A stretch of DNA of 64,000 bases, from NCBI RefSeq assembly GCF_009914755.1, contig NC_060925.1. The stretch is one strand, 5' to 3'. The translations under genes and the position numbers were made by a program. Below are positions 1 through 12,976 of this stretch, piece by piece (the stretch's first letter is position 1; each line of letters starts with the position of its first letter). The DNA comes from the human T2T-CHM13v2.0 reference genome, Homo sapiens. The notes beneath the pieces are model-generated. The model was not told where the DNA came from. It made no database searches and saw only the letters and a list, made by a program, of their open reading frames with translations.

Positions 1-87
1 AATACTAAGCAAAAGGTAGGCATGCGGTTTTATTAGTTTGGGCAGGAAGAAGGCATTCCAACCGGCTTCTTTCGCTCTTGCCAGGTT

Positions 88-925
88 CAAACATGGCGGG
101 CCGCAGCCGGCCCTTCCCGTACACTCGGCTTGCTTTCCCACAACCCCCGCCAATCTTTAGCGCTCCTTTTTTACCTTCCTTCCCCGTCAGCGGCTCCAGA
201 GGGTCAGCACCTCCGAGCGTGACAGCGGACCTGCTTCCCGCCCCCCACGCGAGGGCCCGCCCACCAGCCCGCGTCAGCCAATAGCAGGCCGCGCCGATGG
301 GGCTGGTAGCGCCGGTCGGCCCCGCCTCCCCAGCCTCGCTGTGGCCTGCGGCTCCCGGGCTGGTAGCGCGCCGCTCTCGGTCGCGCGGAGTGATCGTGTG
401 GAATCGCGGGTCGCGGACGCTCGCCGCCGGCCATAGCTCAGCCTAGCGCCGCCAAGGCCGACGGCCCTCAGCCTCTGCCATGGACTTCGAGGACGGTAAG
501 CGCTGCCTCTGGCTGGTCGGCGCAGCTGGCAGGAGGCGGGGTGGCCTACGCAGGGGGTCTGTTTACCGTCTCAAGATGGCCGTGTGGGCTTTGTTCTGCG
601 GGCCCGGAGGCCGCCCGCCCGCCCCGGGCCCAGCGCCCGGAGTCGGCCTCTTTGGGGACCCACGCGCCCCGATTCGGCCCGCTCGGCGCCCGCTGCCGGC
701 GGAGACAAGAGAACTCGGTGTCCGGTAGGACGCGCCTAGAGCGCGAGAGCCTCCGGGCTGGAGCCCCAGACTCGCCTTGGCCCCTGGTAGTGGAAATTGC
801 CCCGACGTCTCCAACTTCCCGGTCTCGGGCAAACGGGCGAGTGCGGCCTCACCCACCTAGTCTCGCATTCGCCCCACAGGGCAGCGACCCAGACCGTCCG
901 TTTAGTTAATCCTCAGCCTCGGGTT
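88..925. promoter_or_regulatory. CpG-island promoter of ZNF326, probably bidirectional
   Basis: Very GC- and CpG-rich stretch spanning exon 1. Contains CCAAT box (CAGCCAATAG, ~275-284), GC box (CCCCGCCTCC, ~320-329) and YY1-like motifs (AACATGGCGG ~90-99; AAGATGGC ~573-580). No TATA box seen. Confidence 0.9.
480..495 (+). CDS. ZNF326: ZNF326 coding exon 1 (MDFED)
   Basis: Strong Kozak GCCATGG; donor G|GTAAGC at 496. Confidence 0.95.
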
Positions 926-1803
926 ACTTCTTGCCAGATAGAATTTTCAGAGGCTTGTTCACAGTGATGTTTCTGTTTGTCCCGGTTTAAGATGAGTTGA
1001 AAGGGTGTCTGTAAGTGATATGTATAGATAAATATCTATGCAAAATGGAAAGCAAGATGTTTCCTGGTTAGTAAACTGGGGTGTTTATCACCAAAAATTA
1101 CCTGCTTATTAATCCCTAACTTGAAATATTTATGTGAACCAAAGCACTTTTCTTTGGATCGTGTGTAGGTAGGATTTAAGTTAATCAGAATTTTGGCACA
1201 GCAAGCATCAAATGTCCTTCACATTTAGACCTGTACACAGCCTTGTAAGTGTTTGACTTACGGATTAAATAAACTGTATTTTAGCAATACTTTTCAGTTG
1301 TCTCAGATACTAATTCTTTAAACCACTTTTACAGGGTCACAAAGTAATATTAATTTGGTCTTCACTTTTGTTTTCAAACCTTGCTTGGAATTGGTGTCAA
1401 GATAAAGTGGTATGTAGTGACAACATTAGGGAGACATGGGAAAGGACTTATGTGATTAAACTGGATTTAATCCTGAGTAACCAGGCATGCTTAAGTAAAA
1501 CCAGTTCACTAAGTAGGCTGTAAACTTTTAACCCCACCAAAAAAATGATCTTTAAATGAGGTGTGATCTCAGCATATGTCTTACTCGATGAGCTTTTGAT
1601 TTTTCATAACATTTCATGCAACAAAGAATTAAAGCTTTCATATCTAGGTACAGATTTGTGAAAGGGGACTGGAATAGCCCTCTTGTAGATACTTTTCAGT
1701 TACTTTGAAATAGTAAGTTCAGCTCTTAAGAGTAGCACACTCTCGTGGTTTTGTTTGTTTTGGTTGGACTTTAACTCATTTTGATGTAGATACCTTTAAA
1801 CTA

Positions 1804-2229
<426 letters not shown>

Positions 2230-2590
2230 TTATTGCCATATGCCAGAATTCTAAACAGTGTCAGTGATAGAAATTCTAAACAATATTAGTGATGAAATAC
2301 GCCCTGTCTCACTGCCCAAATATACCACTGCTGTATTTGGAAGATGGAGTTTGACTAACACCATATATGAATCTATTCCTGTATAGTGTAGCAGGATTCT
2401 GTTGTATCCAGATGACCACTATATTAAATTCTGTTCTTTCAGTATATATTTGTAAAATTAACTAAAGAATTTAACAGTTGTTAAATTAGTTTTGATGAGG
2501 AAATTGGCAATATGGTTTTCAGTGATGACACATTCTGCTTGAATATAGAACATAGTCATATATGTATATGCATATGCATGTCTCAGATAA

Positions 2591-2892
<302 letters not shown>

Positions 2893-3331
2893 AAGATCTT
2901 GAAATCTTTAAAGAGCAAATTAAATGGTAAAAGAAATTAACTTAGCAAAAATTTCATGTTACGTACAATTCTCAGATGTCTTTGCTTTTGCATTATTTGA
3001 TACATAATTTAATCTATCTGCCTTTGTGTTACTTGGTACAAATCAGTGCTGAATCCCCTCTTTTGGCTGTTATTATGTATCAGGTGTTGTAAACTAATGT
3101 TTACCATAATTTGGATAATAAACCTACCATTTGGGGAGATAGTGAAGAAAAAAGAGATACATTTTCTGGAATGGAGTATTGGTAATTATTTGTTTTAACT
3201 ATTCTCAGTTTTGCAGATAATTGGGTTAATGTCATTTTAAAAATTGTGCTTGTTTTTTACTGGATCGGCATATAATTTTGAATTATTGCTAATATCACAC
3301 TAATTCCTTTTTGTTAAATGTGTCTTCATAG

Positions 3332-3376
3332 ATTACACACACTCCGCCTGCAGGAATACTTATCAGGGCTTTAATG
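3332..3376 (+). CDS. ZNF326: ZNF326 exon 2 (DYTHSACRNTYQGFN)
   Basis: Acceptor tcttcatag|, donor G|GTAAGT; 45 nt, phase 1-1. Confidence 0.95.
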
Positions 3377-5639
3377 GTAAGTATCCTCTTTCAGCTTTTC
3401 TCTTCATGCGCATAAAAATATAGTATCAATGTAAAAGGCCAGTTCTACCTATTTCAGTCCTTGTTTTGGTTCTTGATATATCATTTATGTGTTAATATTG
3501 TCTTACTATATATAGTATTTGAATTGGGGAATGTGCTATCAGAAAATGTTAGGGGTTATTCACATTAGTTTGATTTTTTTTTTGGTCCATTTTGTTTGAA
3601 TTATGATTATTTTAATGTGTTCCAAAGGGCCTAACTACATTCTGAGTGATGAATCACAAGACACTGGCTGAGTTATTTTGGTTGAATTAGAGGCTTTGGT
3701 ATTGAGTAATGTAGACTAAGTGGATTATTGGCTTGGTTCTATATAGCTTGTATTGTAATGCATTTTGACCTTGTTTTTGAGGTCATTTTCTTCAGTGTGT
3801 CCAAATGTGTTAGTATATAAAGAGCTGTCTAGAGGAGCACATGAAGAAGCTTGATTGTTTATTGACATGAGCATGACATTAGACTTGTGACTATAGAACT
3901 AGATAGAATCATGAGAGGTATGTAGAATACAATTGGATGTCATTTTGATAGTTATTAGAGTTAGGGCCCTGCCACACAAGATAATAATACAAAAAAAGAA
4001 CACAGAACAATTAATGCAGGTTAAAAAACATATGAAGGACTTGAGGCATTAAATATCATGATTGCCAGAGAAATGTAAAATCCAACTTTCGTACAGAATA
4101 GAATATATTCACAAAGTAAAACTGAAGCAAATGTATACTAAAGACTATGCCATTTATGGGAATAATTACTGAACAGTTAATTTTTATTTCATTATCTTTA
4201 AAGATTAAGATAAACTTTGGATTTCATGTGGGCTAAAAAGGCTTAACATATAGGGAGTTAGTACTGAAGAATGTATTTGTGAGCTGGAAATTGAAAATTA
4301 CCAAAGGAAGTTTAATTTGCATCCACATGTAAGTTATATTGAAAACTGGAAAATTAACGAGAAAGCCATTTCATAAGTTTTGATATAAAGATTTTAAGGC
4401 CTTGAACTTGGGAGGTGATAGTAGTAGTAATCTTAAAAATAAAGAGCAAATTAGCAGAACTTGCAGGCTGACTAGTAATGGGTAGAAAATTGAGAGGGTT
4501 GAATAAAAATGAATCCAGGATTTTAAACTGGAATGTATGACTAGTGCTTTTACAAGGGAGAGGGGGAGGGGAAGAGGGAGGGGGAGAGGGAGAGAGTTTG
4601 TAATGATAAAAGGCCATCTAGGATTTACTGGATAGTTGGATTTAATGTCTAAACATAGGACTTGAAATGCAGACTCATGCAGGGCCAGATGTTTATTTAT
4701 TAATTAGTATACAGTGTTGCAAAAAGATCTAATATGACTTTTATTTTTTCTCTTAATTTTAGTTATAACTGGTTCTCATCTGAGGGTGATTGTTGGAATC
4801 TCCTGGGGAGCTTTTTCAAAGTCTCTCTTTTCACACATAGCCTATACCTCTTGAATCTTAATTTCAGGGCAAGTGGTCTTTGGCTGTGTATGTTGTGCAA
4901 AACTACTCTGAATGATTTTGGAAGGCACCTCTGATTAAAGACCAATGCTTGACAGTACTTCTAGGTCTAGATTATCTATATTTTACAAATGAGGAACTTA
5001 ATTTCAGGGATTCAATTTGACTTTGTTCAGCAAATATTTATTTAGTGCCTGCTGGGCATCAGATATCGTTCTAGGAGGTGGGAATATAGCAGTGAACAAA
5101 ATGGACAAATATTCCTGCCTTTGTGAGGCTTTCCGTCTAGTGGGATGAAATAGTAAACAAGATAAGAAATAATATATATGTCATAATTTAGTCCACAGGG
5201 GAAAAAGGGAGTAATATTTATTGTATGTTAGATGATGATCATTGCGAGGGAGAGTAACATAGAGAAGGAGGATAAATGTGTGTGTGTGCTTGTATGTGTT
5301 GCAATTTTAGAGTCTCTGGGGAAAGACTCACCAAAAAGATGACATTTGAGCATAGATTTAAGATGAGTGAGTATGCAAGCCATGAAGCCATTTAGAAGAA
5401 GACTTACGGGCTTTAAGAAATAAACAGTGTGTAGGTACCAAAAAGCCAAAAATATATTTTATTGTTAGCACTGTATTTTCTAGGAAGTGAAATGAAGTAG
5501 AAGGCATTGGAAAACATGGCAAGATACAGATTTTCCCCACACTATTTCTTGGAAGGAAAATGTATTTCCAGTGTCTCCATGTTTTCCTTCTTGCTTCATA
5601 ATACCTTTTACATAAATAGCATATAGAAAAGGGGAGAGA

Positions 5640-6088
<449 letters not shown>

Positions 6089-6252
6089 TCAGGGGAATGA
6101 GCATTCCAGGCAGAGGGAACAGCAGCTGCTAAAATGGGTATACACCTTGTGTTCTAGAGACATCAAGGGGCCTGGTGTTGTAGTAGTGGAGTGAACAGGG
6201 GTGTATGTAATTGATAATGAAGTTAAGAGGTGATGGGGCATATCATGTAGGG

Positions 6253-6464
6253 CAGGGTTTCTCAAATTTCTTACATTTTGGACTGGGTAATTTTTTGTTG
6301 TAGGGGGATGTCCTGTGCATTGTGGAACATTTAGCAGCCTCCTTGGCCTCTATAATATGCCAGATGTCAGTAGCATCTGCCCCCTAGTTGTGACAACCAA
6401 AAATGTTTCAGACATTGCCAATGTCCCCAGGGGGTGCAAAATCTCCCCTAGTTAAGAACCACTG
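6253..6464. mobile_element. MER20 (hAT-Charlie) DNA transposon
   Basis: cagggtttctcaa...tgtcctgtgcattgt...gttgtgacaaccaaaaatgt...ttaagaaccactg with terminal inverted repeats. Confidence 0.85.
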
Positions 6465-6746
6465 GTATAGGTTCTTAGATGTTATTTTAAGCTTTGGCTT
6501 TTACTTGGAATAAGAGGAACCCATTGGAGGTTACTGAGCATTGAACATGATTGAACTTAACATTTTGTCAGAATTATTGTGGCTGTTGTCTTCAGAAAAA
6601 ACAGCAAAGGAGCAAAAGTGGAGCAGGAAAACCAGTTAGGAGACTTTTGCAATAACCTAGGTGGTAGATGTTGGTATCTTGTAGTAGGGTGCTGGTAGTG
6701 TAGAGTTGCTAAAAAGTAGTCCCACTCAAGACTTAATGTCACATAG

Positions 6747-7135
<389 letters not shown>

Positions 7136-7834
7136 TAAAAATGAGTTTTAGCATTTTTGAGCGTATTATTTGTATGATAGAGTGATCCAAGTGATAGAAT
7201 ATATTTGATTTAAATTATTAGGTCAGTTTTATTTTTCTGGGTAAATTACTATCATTTAAGATATACTACTATGTTCTCATGGTTTTATTTTTAAAAGTGA
7301 TTTTAAAATTCATTTTGGTGACCTGGAAGAAAAATTTATAAAAAAGCAGTCATCTTACATTATCTGTAGCCCTATAACTACACTGATTGTATACAATATA
7401 AAGACTTTTCCTCCTGTTTAAATGAGTAGTAACATTACTATGAACAATCAAACAGAATCATTGCTATATAAAAGTAGCTTTATTAATTTTTGTACATTTC
7501 ACAGTGCCTAACACATACATGGTTAGTGTACAATAAATGTTAATAATTTTATGATTATAGTGAAATAAATAGAACAAAAAACTAAAGGTTTTAGTATTCA
7601 AAGGCAGCCAGTGCTAACTCAAAATAGAAACTAGCAGAAATAAAACATAAGATTTTTTTCTCTGTGTACCTGACTAAACATAATCTTATTTTTTAATATG
7701 AGGCCTTAGAGGAAAACTTTTCATTTTGAAAACTTTATTTTAATCTCAGAATTATCCTCTGAGAGATATGAGCATAAATTTTACTATATACTTACCAACT
7801 GTATCACAAAAAATTAACTATTTTATTAATCTGG

Positions 7835-8000
7835 GACTGTGTTGTCCAGTTTGGTAGCTACTAGCTACATGTTACTGTTGAGCACTTAAAACATGGATAG
7901 TTTGAATTGAAGTGCTCTGTAAGTGTAAATTACACACCAGATTTGAAGTCTTCAAATGAAAAAAGCAGTAACATATCTCCATATGTTTTGTATATTGATA
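7835..8000. mobile_element. MER3/MER33-like hAT fragment
   Basis: tgtccagtttggtagctactagctacatgttactgttgagcacttaaaa motif. Confidence 0.6.
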
Positions 8001-8348
8001 AACTTTTTGTACTGTTATATTAAAACCCATTAGTATGTCTTGCACTTTGAATGGATCTTTTTTACCATATATTATTTTGTAATATCGGCATTATTTGGAA
8101 AATACTAGTTTTTATATAAAATGCAGATTTTCCAAATATTGATCAGTTTTATGGCACAATATTTAAAAAATCATATTCAGTGATACCACCACCAACCTTT
8201 CAGAAAGCCTTTAAGTATTGGGAAGGTGTCAAGCTCAAGGTGGTAGATACAACTTTTAAAAAATTCTAATGTTCACTTGAAAGCATGAATTTTATCCTTG
8301 ACAACAAATAATGTCGGTCGTTTTCGTTAAAACAATGGTTTCACTTAG

Positions 8349-8653
<305 letters not shown>

Positions 8654-9791
8654 AACTGCTGTTCTAAGATAAAATTTGGACCTTTACCACAGGACTAGTA
8701 AATTTAAGATGAGGCCACAAATGGCAGAGTAAGGCAGAGTATCACAAGCACCACGTGAGAGTTACAGGCTTTTGTAAATATTCAGAAGAAGGATGACACT
8801 CAGCTGAGAGAGTATCAGTAAAAGTTTTCTTGAATGCATTAGGATTTGAAATGGACTTTAAAAGATTAGAAAGTTTCAATAAGCTGATATTTAGGGTAGC
8901 AGAGGAAAATGTTTCATGTAGAAGCAATAGCATGAGACTAGACAAGAGGATATGTATAGAATTTTGGGAAAATCATTTCATCTCTTTGGACGTCAGTTCC
9001 CCAGATCTATAAAATGAGAGGATTGATTTTGAACATTCAGGTTGCTACCAGGTTTAAAGTTGGATGACTTTGAGTACTATTTTTATAAAGTTGTTATTGT
9101 TGTCATTATTGTTGGGACTAGAGATATTATATGATTATATAAAATTTAATGTTTTAAAAAATATAAAATTAAGATATTTACTCTGTGTGTACTATTGTAT
9201 TTATTTGTGTATGACATTTGGGGAGAGTAATGAGGGATTTTTAAAGGACTTTATAGAAAACAAATTCTAAATGTTTGTTTTACTTTCTGATTTTTGTAGT
9301 CATCCTAAATTGATTTTGTTACCTCTTTTGTTTTATTTTTCATATCAGAGGTTGGTATATAGGCAGAATTGCAGTGTAATAAAATAGACTTAATATGCTT
9401 ATTGTATTAGTTTTTTTTTTTTAGTGTTCACATTGCTAGAATTTGCATTCATTTGTTGAGTCATAATTTATAGGCACAGTGCCATAGATTGGTCTCAATC
9501 TGTGATTTTACTTTTTAAAAATATCTGTTTCAATTACTGTGAACAAGGCTAATTGGAAATGTGGCTGCTTCTGAGTTTTCAGACATTTAAAGAGCAGTTA
9601 GATGCAGAAAACAAGTATAGTCTACTGCTGTCATATAGGACAAAAATTTCCCCTTTGACTTTATTAAATGCTGACTTCTTTTAAGAATAGGAATTATGTA
9701 TCATTAATTATATATGCTATAGTACTTAATACAAGGCCTTATAGTAGTCCCCTAGTCCAACAAATATTGGTTAAATTGAAAATAATTCTGT

Positions 9792-9960
9792 GGCCAGGTG
9801 CAGTGACTCATGCCTGTAATCCCAGCACTTTGGGAGGCCAAGGCAGGTGGATTGCTTGAGCCCAGGAGTTCGAGACCAGCCTGGGCAACACGGTGAAAGC
9901 CCATCTCTATCAAAAATACAAAAATTAGCCAGTCTCATAACCCAGTCTCAAAAGAAAATA
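9792..9960 (+). mobile_element. Alu lacking most of the right arm
   Basis: Left arm plus linker, then tctcataacccagtctc and A tail; TSD AAAATAATTCT. Confidence 0.85.
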
Positions 9961-10228
9961 AAAATAATTCTAATATAGAACTTTTTAGTTGAAAATATGT
10001 TTTTCTTTGAAATATCAGGGCTTTTTTTTTTTTTTTTTTTTTTTTAGCAAATTTGATTTAGTAGCTTCTCATCTTTGTGTTTTTCCCTTCAGCATTTAGT
10101 GTGAATTTAGTTTAAATGTTAATGGTAAATTATCTCAGGTGATAGATAGGAATATCTTGTGTTTTGTGCAAAGATCCCTGAAGAGAATGGTGTATTTTAC
10201 TGACAATTTCTTATTGACTCTCTTTTAG

Positions 10229-10264
10229 GAATGGATCGTGATTATGGCCCTGGATCTTATGGAG
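10229..10264 (+). CDS. ZNF326: ZNF326 exon 3 (GMDRDYGPGSYG)
   Basis: Acceptor tcttttag|, weak donor GAG|GTCTGA; 36 nt, phase 1-1. Confidence 0.9.
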
Positions 10265-10358
10265 GTCTGACATTCAAGGATATTTATCTAAAAATTCTTC
10301 TTTTGAGTGCCAGTAAAGGTGAGCATCATATAACTTTTTTCTTTTTAAACTCTTATAG

Positions 10359-10470
10359 GGATGGATCGTGACTATGGCCATGGATCCTATGGGGGTCAGA
10401 GATCCATGGATTCCTACCTAAACCAGTCATATGGCATGGACAATCACAGTGGTGGTGGTGGGGGTAGCAG
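10359..10470 (+). CDS. ZNF326: ZNF326 exon 4 ([16 protein letters not shown]...GGGGGS)
   Basis: Acceptor tcttatag|, donor CAG|GTAAAT; 112 nt. Confidence 0.95.
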
Positions 10471-12570
10471 GTAAATTGCTTAATCATTTGGCCAAATAAT
10501 TAGACAACTATAAGATTTTGGATATATTATTTTAAGTACTCTTTAGGCATGTTATGATACTTGAACTTCACTGTTTGCTATTGAATCATCACCTTAAATA
10601 TTTAAAGGTGTTAATTAATGGGTATAAAATTTAAATCAGTATTACTGGCAGACGTTATTTTAGGAAAACACCAGATAACTATATCATGTCAATATAATAG
10701 AGTAAGATACACTTTTTAGCAGTGAACTTTTAAAAAATTCTTTTACTTTTAACTTCTTGTCAATCAAAGTATCCTGAAAAATGATATAAAAATGTTATTG
10801 AAAATATTATTTATGAAGCTTTTTCTTAATAATTAAAAAAAATCTTTTCTAATGTGGGGTGCTATGTAAATTAGCAAAGCAGTCTAACTAGAATGGATTT
10901 TACTGAACCAGTCTAACATTTACTTTCCAAGAAACATTCAGGACATATTCCTTTAATTCTAATTTTAAAGGAAGAGCATATTGCAATAATAAAAATATTT
11001 TTAAAATTATGTTCAGGTTATTTATTGACAGGTACTACTTACACCAAAGCACTTGTGCTCTAGGCTAGAAGCATTGTATTAAAGCCATGAATACTATACC
11101 TTTGACTAGTCGAGATTGTATTTATATTTTCCTGTTACTACTGTATAAAGCTTAAACCTACTTAAACAACTACAAGCTTTAAGGTTGACCATATTTCAGG
11201 AGAAGGGGTGTCTACTTTTTGAGGCACAAAGGTTCCTGCTGAATATAAGTAAAACTAGTTAGTAGACATGTGAAACAGTCATCCTTCTGCATAAATTGAA
11301 GGATCCGGATTCCTTAATGATGGACTGAATGATGCTTACTTTCCTTCTTTCTGCTTCCAGTGTACCACTATGGTTTATAGTAAAGAAAAATTAAGAAAGT
11401 GAACAGTTGCAACTATTTTGCTTATGTGATAGATGTTTTGAAAAATGTAGTTGGAAATAGGAATAATTTTTATATGGTTACTAGGATTCAGAAGTAAATC
11501 TATTTAGTGATCTGTAAATAATTGAAGTAATGTAACACTTAATGTTTTAATATGTCAGTTATTGCCCTTTTATATTGTGAATGTAATGTGCATAAGCTAT
11601 ATCCGTAGATGTTATTGTTTTATCTCATGTGTAATTGTGGGCCTTTATAAAATTGTGTTGTAAGATATCAAGCAACTTTTGTAATCCATGCTTTGGGTTT
11701 GTGAGAAGGAAGATGATTTATTTCTTCTGTTAACTCTCTTAAAACCTCGAGGAGACTGTGTGCTCCCTTTTTTAGGGTAGTTTTATGTGATAATTTCCTG
11801 AAGGAAATAATTTTGCAAATAATTGAATATATTATAAGATGTATTCTTTCTCATCTGCCTTGAAAATTCATATGCAGAGGGTATATGTTGGTGATCTTTT
11901 ATGTTTTATCTGTTTATCCTTCTAGATTTGTTAGATTTTCTAGTCTACAAGTAAAAAGTGATTGAGGATTGATTAATTGACCTTGGCTGAAGTTTGGCAG
12001 ATTGTTAAATTTTTATAACCAGAGATAATTCCCCAAATTTTGACTCCTACAGACACAATGAAGCAGTTTGTGATATAGATTATTGGGAGTGCAAAAGGAT
12101 CTCTCTGTGTCACAAATAACCTACATCTAAGTAGACTTCAATTTGTGTCCCTATTGAAAGCCAAAATATTGTAAATGTTTTGTAATTTTTAATATTAGGG
12201 ATAGATTCAAAAAAGTTTGAATAGTTTGTGAACTTTAGCAAATGACCTTTTCCAAGACTAGGGCTGGGCTTAAATAATGACAGACAAATCTTTTCTTCTT
12301 CATAAAATAGAAAAGCTGCTAAGAAGCAGATTTTAAAGCTAAGTTTTACTAAACTCAATTCATATTTATAATCTGACTCAGATAGCTTTCTATCTGGTCT
12401 CACGTTGAACTGCCCAGCCCTAATCAAATGTGAACAAAAGTAGAACTGTGCAAACCAGTATGGTATAAATGAATTTTAGTTGATAAATGTCATCTGATAA
12501 TTTGTCTTTTGAATTGTCTAACATTAGTAAGCTTACTTTTGTTTTTTCCCTCACTGTGCAACTTTTCCAG

Positions 12571-12976
12571 GTTTGGACCTTATGAGTCTTACGACTCCAG
12601 GTCTTCTCTGGGTGGGCGAGATCTGTACAGATCTGGCTATGGTTTTAATGAACCCGAACAAAGCCGCTTCGGAGGTAGTTATGGTGGTCGATTTGAGAGC
12701 TCCTACCGGAATAGCCTTGACTCTTTCGGAGGTAGAAACCAGGGCGGGTCTAGCTGGGAAGCACCTTACTCCCGTTCAAAATTGAGGCCTGGGTTTATGG
12801 AGGACAGAGGAAGAGAGAATTACTCTTCCTACAGCAGTTTTTCTTCACCCCATATGAAGCCTGCACCTGTAGGCTCTCGGGGGAGAGGAACGCCTGCTTA
12901 TCCTGAAAGTACGTTTGGAAGCAGAAACTATGATGCTTTTGGAGGACCATCAACAGGCAGAGGCCGAGGCCGAGGA
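12571..12976 (+). CDS. ZNF326: ZNF326 exon 5 (G/S/Y-rich low-complexity region, ends GRGRGRG)
   Basis: Acceptor cttttccag|, donor GGA|GTAAGT; matches ORF 12509..13060; 406 nt. Confidence 0.96.

Noticed and set aside
78-909. GC-rich ORFs on both strands around exon 1, including the 82-aa read-through of ATG 480
   Set aside because: Stop-codon scarcity in a CpG island; a strong donor at 496 explains the real frame.
11180-11340. Possible intronic C/D-box snoRNA (TGATG...CTGA motifs)
   Set aside because: Box spacing is too short and I see no terminal stem or recognisable guide.
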